Assembly: GCA_036172245.1 (NCBI GenBank)
Contig: JAYWIR010000065.1
Location: forward strand, 248,001 to 312,000
DNA: 64,000 nucleotides
Reading direction: 5' to 3'
Source of the DNA: Raillietiella orientalis
Taxonomy: Eukaryota
In this document: one piece after another, positions 12,800 to 25,229 of the stretch
Position numbering within the stretch: the stretch's first letter is position 1
How the letters are laid out: each line of letters opens with the position of its first letter
Program-made: the position numbers and the translations under genes
Notes under the pieces: model-generated
The model's database searches: none
The model's input: only the letters and a program-made list of their open reading frames with translations
What the model was told of the DNA's origin: nothing

Positions 12800-15700
12800 C
12801 GCTTATTTGAGACAACCAAATGGCCACGCAATTCGGGACAAGGAAGTTCCAAGGAGTTGATTCGATCCCACCTCCATTCAACTGCATTTCAGGATCTTCC
12901 TCTTAGCAGAACCTGCCAGCAGCAGGCAACATTGGGGAGTCTTATGGACTCACTGCCGATTAACTAATATGGTGGCGTATGTAGGGTTGCTTCCTTTACG
13001 TGCGGTTAGCAGCGGTGACCCCTTTTGTTGCGATGGGCCGCAGATTGGTTTCAACTCCATAAGCACCCACTCTACTGGTACCTACGAAATGATCAATTCG
13101 GCCCCAATTCGTTCATTCCTATCAATCAGTAACAATTCAGACTTTCAATTTCACATCGTGACAGACTCCGGAAAATGCATCTTCTGCTTTGTGTATTTTG
13201 TTCCCTGTCAAATAAGCGAGAAGGTTCGTTTCGCATAGCAGTGGTGCTTATCTTTTGCCAGGATAGCAGCGTTCTTGCACGGAACTCCGCTGGACTTTTC
13301 GAAACCACTCCAAAGCTTATGAAATTCGCAGTCTCTTCTGATGGATCGTTCTTCAGTTCAAGATTTCCAGGGTTCCACGAACCTCGGAGCTCATGAATGG
13401 TTATTATTCTTTCGCACCACGATGGAATTCTTCTTGCCTTTCCTGTTTTCGGTATCTTGTCATAAGAAACGCACGTTCTCCAGAGCTGTGGTGGCTTCAT
13501 GTAGGGGCAGAGGAAGAGTGCACGCATAGCTATGCACTCATGAACCAGGAGTTGTAAGAAAAAATGAGCGAGTTCTCCTTGACTGGGGATTTTCCTTGCT
13601 TATTTGCCCAACACTGCTCCCGGAGTCATGAAAATTCCGTTTGCTTGAATTCACGAGAAGAGCAGGAGGTCCGTCGCGGCTGTTGAAGGTGAATGGCACG
13701 TTAGGGATCGAATCTAAATCCATCAGGTCGCATTCAGCTCCTCCGTTTAGATGCTTTTTCCTATCCAGCAACTTGCACGCGCCCGAAGTTATGTGATTCC
13801 TCGTCTCTCTCAGCGTCATGTAAAGTGGAGACCAAGTGCTTGAGCGAATCACAGCTAGACAATCTGGAAACCAGGATAGTCCACACTGGGTCTTGGCAGA
13901 TCAGAGGAGGGACAACACTCCCACATCTTGGCATGTGCCATAGACAAAGTCATCAGCTCAGCTAGTTATTCGGTTACAAGACTATTAACACAGTCTCACG
14001 AAACAACGATCCTTTCAGGAGTAGTGGGCTGTTCAAAAACTTCCTAATTGCATGTGTGTTAAGAACAAGAAGATGGAAGGAGGACTCCACTATCTTTTTC
14101 GCCGGTTTCGCAAGCTCTTCTTCGAAACGAGAGTATGATTTAAAGAGTTTTTCCATTGTGGGCAGTGAAATCCGGTGAATCCAGCACATGTCCAGGGAAT
14201 ACAGTATGTTCGAGAACGTGATTTTGAATTCCTTAGTATTTCATCTTATCCAGGAGATCCCAGAGATCGGAATACAATTGCTCTTATAACAGTGGAGACT
14301 TCCAGGAGAATTAAAATGTAGGAAGAGAAGTGGAATTGCACTCTTCGATAATTTGCTTTCCCCCAGTCTCTCCTGTTTTGGCAGAGTTGCTTGATACTCT
14401 TAAGAGCTAGAGAAGTCCATGTCTTTCTCTTCGTCATCGACACCAATGTTGGCCTCAGGTTGAAATCTGTTCCTGGAATTGTCTAGCTGGAGACTACAAA
14501 CTTTTGGTGTTTCAGGATATTGTCAATTTGGACTAACAGCATGTCTCTCCATCATGATGGTCTCTCTGACTCATCTATTGAGGATGTGACCTAATGATTG
14601 CTCCCATCTTCCACATCTTCTGCACGGATGATGCTTGCTTCCCTTCTTTTAGTGGGTGATGATGAACAGACAGGAGACTGGGACCAGCAGCATTAATGAG
14701 TCTGTAATCTGTGAAAAGCGTATCTAAGTGTGATGCTGCTCGGCAGAGGACACGGTCTTCCCTTGATCAGATCCCATCTCAAAGCATTTTTGATCAGGAT
14801 GATTTGCGATGAGAGTTATCCGTGACGCAGGCGCGAATATCTTTGTGGTGTGAGCTCCGGTTGAAATGTTCCAAATGTCGAATAGGTTTGTTGGTCTTTC
14901 TGTAAATCTCTAAGGGCATGAAATTCTCAAATTGCATCTGGGAGGTGCCTGCAATCTCTTTTTCACCACCGAATGCAACGTCATCCGGGATAAACCTCCC
15001 ATCTTCGGATCATTCTTGGAGAAACGAATAGCTTGAAGCACCTATCAACCGGGGAGCTGTTGCCCTTGATGGATAGATGGGTGGGCCGAGACATTATGCC
15101 TACTTGTTCTCGTGCAGTTACTGTTTGGCAGTCCTGGTTGGTTGACAGATTAGATTGACACATTCCCTAGTAAAGAGTTTTCCGACCATATTAAGATGAA
15201 GCACGAAGTGAAGAATTGTTGTTTGATATTCGCTTGCATTATTCCCTCTACTCCGAATTACGACTACTGGAATCATATTCTGACAATCAAACCTATCTGC
15301 CAACTACCACACTTGCAGGTCTTCTGCACTTGCGGGTCGTACTAGTCTTTTGACAGATCAGCTGAAAGAAACCAATATTCTCCGGAAATAAAGATCTAGT
15401 GCCTTCTGGGGTCCATGACCATCCTTCAGCAGCCTCTGCCCCAATCACTCCTCAAGATGTGCTCCACGTGCTGTCAGGAATTCGTTTTCTCGAGCACTTC
15501 GAGGGAGGGAACTGTCTGTGAAGATTGGACTGTTGTCATCAGTACTCATTCTCAACCGAGAGCTCGATTACCTCCTTGGAACGACTTCTTGAGAATCGGT
15601 TGTTACGAAACTTAGGAAGCAGTAGAGAAAGTCAGAGACGGCAAATCGGCTACTTCTGCGGCTATACCAAAGAAGAGGAATGCGCGTCCATGCTGATTCA

Positions 15701-18210
15701 CGGTGTAAGTTCAAGCATCCTTGCGTAGACGGATGGAATAGCCACAGACTGCCGATTCTTAAGGGCAAAAGCTACTTTATTAGAACCTTGATCTATCTGA
15801 CTTATGCACCTTTTATATAAATTGCTACTGGAGGCTGGAGTCGTCCACAAGACTCTTGTCAAATGGAATCGCTGTTCTGGATTCTAACAGAGATGAATAT
15901 AAGATTCATTCTGCGAAAGTGTATTAATTCCAGAAATCTAGGATCCCTCGAGGACTTCATTTCCCCGAATGTACACACCTATTAATATCAGTCTGCCTAT
16001 GTGCAGCACCGTTTTGGCAACCTGAAGATGGGGATTTCTGACAGCCAAATAACACTGATTGTACGTACATCTTCGCACTCGCTCACATAAAACTGTCGTT
16101 TTTCATAAGTACACGTTGACGATTTGGAAATTCACCGAAATTTCTCGAAATTCCCTCGGCAAGAGTATACTGTCGTGCGTTCGGACCTGTCAGCAAACCT
16201 TTTCTCCACGTTTTTCCCAAGGAAGATGGCTGCCCAAACTCCTGTTTCGAGGATGGCGAGTTCAAAAAGATGAGTTCCTATCCGGTGAAGTTTCCTAGTT
16301 TTGTGGCTCAAATGTGGCATATGTGAAGTGGAACACCGCATTGTCCTTTCCATGGTTCTTTGCAAAGAATCATTTGGAGGTTCTTCAACTCGAATAAACG
16401 ATTCAGCATCTAATTTCTATTTTGAGCAGGACTCGTACCCTTCGGCCTGTTTCAAGTTCCCTCAATGGTATTTGTGCATTCGTGTTTCTCGACCCGACTT
16501 ACAACTTTCTAAAAGACAGGATCTGTGCTACTGCGGACTGATATTTGTTCCCTGAGGCTTGTCCTTTGGTTATGATTGCAACACATTTCCACAAATTGCA
16601 CCTGAAGCTCAGGATGCATAAGCAGAACATGAAAGCTGCGGGATGTGCTTCTAATCAGCACCATCTGATTCTGCTGATGTTCCATCAACGCCTCTCAGTT
16701 CTGCATTCTGGGCATGTGATTTACCTTCTCAAAGAGAAAGGAAGCCACCAATTTGGACTTTGAACGTGAGTGCATTCATCTGGTCTTGCTTACTGCCATT
16801 TTGCTGCTTTGATCCGGGGGATGTTCTGATTCATTCTGTTGTGCTGCTAAAGCAGGCCTTTATTTTGAGTCCTACCTTTTCCGTTATTTCCATTTCCACC
16901 AGAAATTTCTTAAAATTATTTCACGATTTATATCTCATCCTTCCCCATCGCAACGCTCAATGGAAGGAGGCAGTCCTTTTTGGTTTCCCCTCTTGGCAAA
17001 GGTGTTACCACTTCCTGATCAAATGTGTCTCAGTCATCAGTGCGTATCCCACTCCTGCGACCTTGAAGAATCTTGGCTTATTCTTACTGTCCACGGCCCC
17101 TGTTGTCGAAAGGATGGAGAGCTGATCTCGCCAGCGTTTGCACGAAAATTCCGATTTTTGCCTTCAGATTGAACGATCGTATAATGCATCCCGAGTCTTC
17201 AGTAGAAAGAACGAGCCACTCCAGCACCAACTGCTGTGTCTTCCTCCAAAAAGAAAACCTGGATGTCGTTGATGGAGCTACCTGGACAGTGAAGTGGTGG
17301 ATAATGGGTGCTTGTGGAAAGGAAAAACTTGGCCATTCTAGTTCAGTGTTCTTTACACACATTCGATGCCGAACAATCCCCCTCAATCCTAAGGAGGCAC
17401 GTGGTGCAATTTCATTAGATCCCATTCTCCTCCTCCGAAGAGCCTTAGAATGGTTTTCAATCAACTAAACGAATATAATGGTCTATGGCCAGCACTTTCG
17501 TCTTAAGTACGTGGGTGCAGTCTGAATACTGGGACGAAATTTTCAAGGTAGGTTCCACAATACTAACGAACTGCTTGACAGTTCTCTGCAATTTCTCACG
17601 ACCATAATCTTCCGTCAAAGGTCCCTCCTTTCCAATAGAGGGACGTTCGTCGTATTCTTCACATGGAGGTTTCTCAGGAGGCATTTAGTATCTGAAAACG
17701 ATCTCAATTGACTACGATGTTTGCAGCAGGTATCTTTGCAACCCATATAAACCTTGAGCGTATTTTTTTCCCGTTTCAAATAAGCCTTGAACGGAATCCT
17801 TTCTGTTCTCTGATCAGCAGTTTTACAGGCGCAAAGATGTCCTCGAATTTTGCATAAACTGAATGCACATGTCGCTGTCAGTGATCTCGCCGTGAGATAG
17901 GTGTTTCCACGCCTCAGGGACATTCTCTACACTGTCAGTTCACTCTTTCCATTTCAAATGCTTCGATTTTCTTGCTGTCAGGCCATTCATTGAAAGTGGA
18001 AGCAGTGACGATGAATCCAAGGGGTTAACGGTTGAATCCGTTTGCTTTGTGAGTTGATTTGTTCAAATCTGGCTCCAGAGAGATGGTGGGTGCGTTACCT
18101 TGAGAGAGCAGGCGTTGAAGAACTCTGTGTTTTGGAAGCGCGCGTAAAGTTAAGCAGCGCGTGCTTCGAGTTACTTCCACAACGGTGTACTCTATTAATT
18201 TGGTAGGCTT
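12800..18210 (-). pseudogene. L: Endogenous bunyavirus-type (Bunyaviricetes) L polymerase gene, near full span but frameshifted and internally deleted
   Basis: Minus strand in the correct order: endonuclease-like 'LIEYTV' (18198-18181); motif F 'KKSFQGGNR/ELSVEN' (15590-15551, cf. arenavirus KEQVGGNRELY); 'RENEFLT'; motif A 'YWFLSADLSK' (15377-15348); motif B 'GIMQANI/NNNSSL/VLH' (15245-15196); thumb-like 'DPKMGG' (~15010). Motif F lies ~870 codons after the endonuclease motif, as expected for a bunyaviral L. Motif C (SDD) not found. Confidence 0.7.
15925..16466 (+). repeat. Inverted repeat arm 1 (542 bp, within the bunyaviral L EVE)
   Basis: Exact reverse complement of 19489-20030 except ~3 substitutions that I could see. 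The ORF track shows the same peptides on opposite strands. Confidence 0.97.
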
Positions 18211-18479
18211 TCAGTTCTACTTGAATGTTTCGAATTTGCATTTAATTATTAAAGAAACTGGCAAACTGAATTATGTTGTGTAAAGCGCAGATGATGCACA
18301 GTGCACACATTTTGGGAGAGAACATTTCATTCGCACATGTAATTTACAGAAATGTCATCGATGCTGTCATTCCAGCATGGCTTCAACGGCGTTGCTGGGA
18401 GGTAAACCTAAACGCAGTAGTTGTCAACCAGTGGGTTTACTTCCTGGTATTATTAATTAAAGGCACCGGAAGCAAATTC

Positions 18480-19488
18480 CTGATTCCAAGTAGCTCATAA
18501 GTTCTTCTTGAGCTTCTTTCTTCAGCGCTTTCAAAATGGCTGCGTAGAGCCCTGCAGTCACGTTTATCACCTCATACAGTGCATTAACAACACTTGTTTG
18601 TTTAACAAGACTATGTTTCTATGGGGTTTTCCCTGGTGTCCGGGGGGAAATTAAAACGTACTAAGGACGAATGCTTTGTGGACAGTTAGATTCGGATATT
18701 TCCGGGGCTCCCATAGATGGCATTCACTCTGCAGAAGTGCACTCAATCTGCCATCGTGGACGGCTATTGGAAGTACACGGAAATTTAGCGATAGCTACCC
18801 AAAAGGCTGAGAACGAACGACACTCACTCTAAATACGCCTTCCACTAAGAATTTTGTGTTTACAATTGACAAGCAGCTTGCTTTGTCCAGTGAAGCAGTT
18901 CTTGAAGAGAAATCCACTATTGCGATTCTCGGCGTCTTTTCCTAATCCAGTACAAGATTTGACGTACAAAGTGAAAATGCATTATACTGCAATGCGCAAT
19001 TGAGGATCGTGCCAATTTCGGAAAACTATCCCTAGCAGGAGTCAGTGCTCTTTTTGGACTGAAAGGGTTATCAATTGAGCAGTCTTTGAAGTTGTTCCGG
19101 AGGAACAGTCAAAGTTCAATTCTGTTTGCGAGTTTGCACATGCTTGAATCTACTTTGAATCTACTTTGATGTACTGTTCACAAAGCGATCTTCGTGCAAT
19201 GACCGTCTGAGATTCTTCCTGATCTATCGTTCGCGACTTTCCCAAAGTGGATTACCACCTAGCGTGAGAGCCCTGAGTTTCTATAGATCACTCAATTCAA
19301 ATTGATTTCTCAAAACTTTACCATCATTAATGATAAGTAGACTGCTTGAATAGGAAGGCTCCAAAATAAAGTATCCATAATTCTTGCTTTTCTGAGGAAC
19401 ATTTTATGACAATAACATTTTTCTAAGACAATTTGCATTAGAATGTAAAAGACTTTAGATGCACGTTGAAAATCCGTTAGTGAAGCAA
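18480..19488 (-). pseudogene. Second bunyavirus-like L fragment (thumb region)
   Basis: 'NYGYFILEPSYSSSLL' (~19385-19335) resembles the phenuivirus L thumb 'LGFFLLDNPYACGL'. Downstream 'NPF' and 'AFSL' segments are in the expected order. Broken frames. Confidence 0.35.
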
Positions 19489-20030
19489 ATTGAGGGAACT
19501 TGAAACAGGCCGAAGGGTACGAGTCCTGCTCAAAATAGAAATTAGATGCTGAATCGTTTATTCGAGTTGAAGAACCTCCAAGTGATTCTTTGCAAAGAAC
19601 CATGGAAAGGACAATGCGGTGTTCCACTTCACATATGCCACATTTGAGCCACAAAACTAGGAAACTTCACCGGATAGGAACTCATCTTTTTGAACTCGCC
19701 ATCCTCGAAACAGGAGTTTGGGCAGCCATCTTCCTTGGGAAAAACGTGGAGAAAAGGTTTGCTGACAGGTCCGAACGCACGACAGTATACTCTTGCCGAG
19801 GGAATTTCGAGAAATTTCGGTGAATTTCCAAATCGTCAACGTGTACTTATGAAAAACGACAGTTTTATGTGAGCGAGTGCGGATATGTACGTACAATCAG
19901 TGTTATTTGGCTGTCAGAAATCCCCATCTTCAGGTTGCCAAAACGGTGCTGCACATAGGCAGACTGATATTAATAGGTGTGTACATTCGGGGAAATGAAG
20001 TCCTCGAGGGATCCTAGATTTCTGGAATTA
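19489..20030 (-). repeat. Inverted repeat arm 2 (542 bp copy of a bunyaviral L segment)
   Basis: Reverse complement of 15925-16466 with sharp boundaries (attgaggg... / ...tctggaatta). Confidence 0.97.
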
Positions 20031-20039
20031 GCACAGCTG

Positions 20040-21900
20040 ATTTTGGGAGTCATTTCGAATACCCTTCATAGATTCGAAGCTCCGGTTCCCACTCTTCGAT
20101 TTTTCTACTTTGCTCAAGCATGCTGATTTCGTGTGGTCCCTTTTCCCAGTTCATGGGTACCTCTGCTTGGTTATCCTCTACGTATTTTCTCTTCTGTTGG
20201 ACGAACTTCAGCTTTTTTTTCCCTTTCGTTTGCAAGCACCACGATTCTGGAATAAGTATTTCGGAGCACTGGGAACGTTGAGTTTTAAAACGAGGAATAC
20301 ATCTGGTGGAAGTATTAAGCCCATTGTACAACATTTCTTGAAATGAACTCGCGATTATTAAAAAAATGGAGATTACCAGAGGACAAAGAGAAAGGTTTAT
20401 ACGTAATGGAAGTTTAAGGAACACTTGAGACTCAGAAGTTTTTAAAATCGTGAAGGTTTCTGAAGAAACGAAGGAGAGAATTGTATAGTCCTTCCGAATG
20501 AAAAGACTACTGTGTCTTTCATTCAAAGTGTTCCAGAAGTGATTTGTCTACGAGGATGCATTTCCCAGCGAACAGACCCGAAGAGAGCCGGAGGCTAAAA
20601 GTGCTGACTCCGTAGGGTGTTCCAACGAAGTTCAGTGATGGAGCGCATGGAGTATTCTTTCAGAAGTGTATCGTCCCTTGATTCGTGGCTTTCGCATATT
20701 CTTCAGCGAAAGCACGTGTTTAGTGAAAAAGGAATGGACCAGAAGTGCTGCTGCTGATGGTCTCGTGAGCATGGAGTCGTCGCATTACTGCGCTTTACGA
20801 CCGCATCAGGTAATTGACCCTATAGGTTGTTCTTCCAAGGCATTTAGAAAATGGACAGTCAGGAAGATTCAGAAACAGTGGATTTGGGGGAAATTTTTGG
20901 AAGAAACTGCCACCTGATTTGGTGCCTCCCGAAAGCAGCTCGAGTTTCTCAGAGATGAGTCTGTGTGGTCGCTGCTGTAGATGAAATCTAGTTTACCCTG
21001 CTCCTAAACAGTATGAAGGAAAATGGCTCAGGACCGCTTCATAACGAGTCACTGAGACTGAAGGAAGTCGAAAGAACTCGTTCCCCACAGCGGCGGCTAT
21101 GACAGTGGTGTGAAGGACAGATGCGATGCACAGAGGATTTGAGTGCATTTTCTGGGACTGAGTGCAGGGTGATGTGAAGCTGCTGAAAGAGCACAATAGC
21201 TCAAACACAATCTCGATAGGGGCAAGGATGCCGAGTAGAGCTCATGTTGAGCATGCCTGTAGATGCTCCTCGGTGTAGCAACGTGCAGAGAGTTCTCTGG
21301 GTGAAGAAAATCTTCTCAGAGTTTTGCTCTTTGGCGTCTGGTGCATCGTCCGCACAACTGTGCTTTCTCGAGCTCATCAATCTGCATGAGCTCATGAAAA
21401 ACCAGCTCCGAGAAATGCTTTTTTCTTTCAGACAAGGGAAATTTTTACGATGCAGTGGACATACCTGTACTGAAAAGTGAATCTTCAAGGGGGCTGCACT
21501 CAGGAGGGTAGTTAAATTGCTGCTGTTGTGTTTTCTCGGAACAGTATCAGCCACATCGACACGATTTCGTTTGCATCCTCTCCGACACTGCACGAGGTTG
21601 CGGTCGGAGTCCCAATCGGAATACTGTCTTAGACAACTGGGGAACACGCTGGTAAATTTTCCGAAATGGGAAGACCTGCAGCGCGAAATCCGGCGCAGTG
21701 TAAACAGCCAGGAGATATGTAGACCAAAGTTCATCACGGAAAAATCTTCATGCAATCCCAAACTTTCAACGACAGAAGAAACTCCGTGCTGCTTTAAGTT
21801 TCCACGGAAGCACGGAGGAAGCCACTGTTTCCGTCAAATTTCGAAAAATCACCCCTGAGGGCTTTTGGTACATGCGACAGTGATGGTCGCCAAACCCACC
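20040..21900 (-). pseudogene. Chuvirus/mononegavirus-like L fragment (capping domain end, connector, start of methyltransferase)
   Basis: 'GGFGDHHCRM..VIFRNL' (~21895) resembles the chuviral G..HH.R capping motif. Then, in order: 'DFSVMNFGLHISW', 'CRRGC', 'GTPYGVST' (~20620) and MTase-like 'GLYNSLL' (~20490). Confidence 0.4.
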
Positions 21901-24900
21901 GAAGAGTTCATTCCTGTATTTATCTTATTTTGCGGAAAAAAAAAAAAAATTGCACGCATAAGCATTCGTGTCATATGAGCAATTGGTCACTCCTGCATGA
22001 ACAAAAGAGTGTTGCCTGCGTACGCTCTCATCCTCAACATTTGAAGATGATTTGCAATTTCTTATTAGTTAACTTCGATTTGAAAATAAATCGATCGCTC
22101 TGCGATATCTTCTAATTGGAGAATCCTTAGATAAGGAACTCAATGAATGCGATTGTGGTTTAAAGCAAGGCAGGATGAGGATCTTCATGATTTTTCCTTT
22201 TTTTTTTTCCTGTCTCGAGTCCTGAATTTCTGCTGGTGATTTTTCACCTGGAGAAAGTCTTGTGATGAACTTTTTCTTTGAAATGTGAAAGAAAAACGGA
22301 AAATTCTAGAAGTTAAGAGTGGTGGAGAAAAGAGATGCTAAAAAATATTAATGAACGCCTGTGGTGGCAACGATTTTTAAAATGCAGGGCGATCGAAGCA
22401 ACAGGTTGAAATATCTGGAAATTCTCTTGGATATTGCGTTTCGTAGAATAAACTTTAAATTTGCATACAAAAGTTAAAAATCGATTCTAGAATGTCACCT
22501 TGGACAAACTTGCGAATCAATAGACTCTTTCCATCTAGGTATACATGATAAACTTTCACAAGATCTTACGCTTTTATACATCTGCCGCACGATTCCGAAA
22601 TTTGTATTGGGATTTTCCGTGGAAATCAACGATCAGCAAGAAAAAAATGAGCCTGTTGAAGGAAATTCAATTTTCCTACTTACTTGGCAGAGGGTGAAAG
22701 AGAACCTGCACTTTCTTAGAGTCTGGAAGCCCGCAAAGCACAAGCGTGTTCATTGAGAAATATAAGGTATGAATCCCCATGAAGAGGATATTTTTGCTCC
22801 CCAGGCATCATTAGGAAAACCATAGAGAACGCATTCATAAGAAAATTAGGTTATTACCGAATTGATGGTCTTTTTTTTTTTAGTTCACCAGCAGCATCTG
22901 CCTGCATGTGACTTATCGTTTCTTGTGTATTACTGTTTCGTATCACCGTTTCTATAGATGTGTGAAGGAATTCGGTTTTGCGCGTCCCTGTTTGCAAAGT
23001 TGGCACCTTTCATGTCCCTACGAATAGAGTGCAAACTACAGTAACGAAACCCAGGATCAAGGCACTTCCGTGCTCTAAAGACACACAGGCATGAAAATTT
23101 TTGCCTGCATGCTGCACTGCACAGCAAACATATCAATCTTACACTTATTAATACTTTGTAACCTTCAAAAGTTTTCATTTTTGTTTGTTTGTTTGTTTTT
23201 TTCCATGGACAGAAAAAAAGTAGAGGCAATGTATTCCCTATCACAGCCATGTTTCCTATTCCAGTTCCTACTTTGCAGCAGGAGTTGCACAAACCATCCT
23301 CCTTTTACAGCAATGCTTACAATAGCGTTTTGAAACCCTACAAAGACGAATTCCAGAAACATCTGACGCTTTCAGATCGCTCCCATCGCGAAATTTGGAT
23401 GCCTAAGAAGGCCCATACCAACATAGAGGAAGGTCGGCTTTCAACAGCAAAAAATCCGAAATCCCGCCTGCCCAATGTCCCTTGAGCTTCCGAGAGGTGC
23501 ATTCTGAGCTCCATGGCAGTCGCTCGTCACAGTGAACCTCAATTCGTGGAATTTCTGCATCGAAAATGGAGGGAGGTCATAAGCAGTGCATCACGGTGAT
23601 GGAAGAAGCGCAGAAACAGGTCCAGAGGAGCAAAAGATTGCATCGTACTTTCCTTCTCCAATCCTCTTGGACACAATTGGGTTCATCAACTCTGATGAAG
23701 CCAACTGTTTGGATCTTTCATTTTTCGGAATGCCTGCGCCCAAAACAACTGTTGCTACTCTTCAGGACCCCGAATCGCTCTTTCCTGATTCGATTTACTG
23801 GGAAAATCATTTTATGTTGGAACGTAAGTGATTGTCAACTCTGTTTGGGAGAGGAATGTGCTGATTCTCAAATACTTACTGCTTTCGTGTGCTTTAAAAG
23901 CACACGAACGTCCTGGAGGATTACATCCACATTTTCGCTTGATATTCTATTAGTGACTTCCGAAAGCCAAAAAAAAAAAAAAAAACCGTTCTTCAGCCGT
24001 CGTCGTGGAAGCAAACGATTCGAGAATATTCTTTCTGCTGGCACGAGAAGATCCGAGGAGCCAACGACACTAAGAAGACTCTCTCTATTCGTTCTCTTGT
24101 GGCCTGGCTGATGAAATCTGAAATTTTCGCTCCTGCTCTGCCCTGGTAATTTCCAGTCTTGTTCCGGAGGGAACTGAGTGCTTTTGCGATGCTCTGGGTT
24201 GATCACATTCCTCACTCCTTACGCCTTTTCCTTGTTTATGATGGACCGTAGTTAACAAGGGTTCCAAATGTGTTGGGTAACATGGGGAGGGGGGGGTCCC
24301 TCACTGCTAGAACCGACCCTCAATGCGAGTAAGACGGCGATTTTTCTCTAAAGGATTGGGATGATTTCATCTCCCAATGCACGAACTCAATTCCAGCAAC
24401 GCCGAGTTTCCAGAGACGAGCTCCTGTAAACTGTGATGCAATTTCTTCCCCACAAGTTTCAAAGATGAAAAATTCAGTTGCGAGAAGGCAGGACCAGCAG
24501 TGAATGGGGAAGAAAATTTTTTTCAAACGTACTTCATGAATGATTTAAGGGACGCCTCCCCATTCTTCCGAGTTCCTCCATCCAACAGGAAACGATTCTT
24601 GGAAGAAAGAAACTGCTACCGTTAAGGAAACCAAAATGGGATGCAGTCGGGAGTCGATTTTTCGGTTCCTGGGGTAATGCTTTCATTTCGCCAATCGCCC
24701 CAGTTCACGAATAATCAATGATTATTGCCATTCACTGAGGGCATCCATCTTGGCGGTGCTATGCAAATCTTCAAGTGATTAATGAAGTGAGAGAAAGCAT
24801 TCGATACCAAACCAGAGATGGATGCTGCGTAATTGGAATGAACTGCAAATTTTTCCTCGGGGGAGTCACGCTAAAAGCAGATGAAATGCAAGAAGTTTTC

Positions 24901-25229
24901 CGCATGATAACTTTGCAGGAAACTTTGTTTTAATACGATAAGTAGGATTGTTACTATAATCAATTTTTATATTTTATCATGCTCTATAAAATGGGGGAGA
25001 ATGCAAGCAGTCTTCACTGTGCAGCAATTAAGTAAACATCCTGCATTGGTCGTGCAATGCATCGAAGTTTCAATTACTCCTAACCGCAGAAACCACAGAT
25101 CAAAGATGCTTGAGTATCTTTGACCCAACTAGCTGAATCTCAGAAGTAGAAATTATGAAAAAAACCAAAAATTAAAAAAAGCTCTTCGAAGGTGAGAACT
25201 GATCATTATATTCGAACACATCAGTGATG

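Noticed and set aside
14980..15380. Reading ADLSK..YD / RGIMQ / PDD as a reverse transcriptase
   Set aside because: Spacing is wrong for RT, and the upstream GGNREL motif F plus overall length fit a bunyaviral L better.
15925..20030. The 542-bp inverted repeats as terminal inverted repeats of a DNA transposon
   Set aside because: Arm 1 is an internal, collinear part of the viral L gene, with no TSD and no transposase between the arms.
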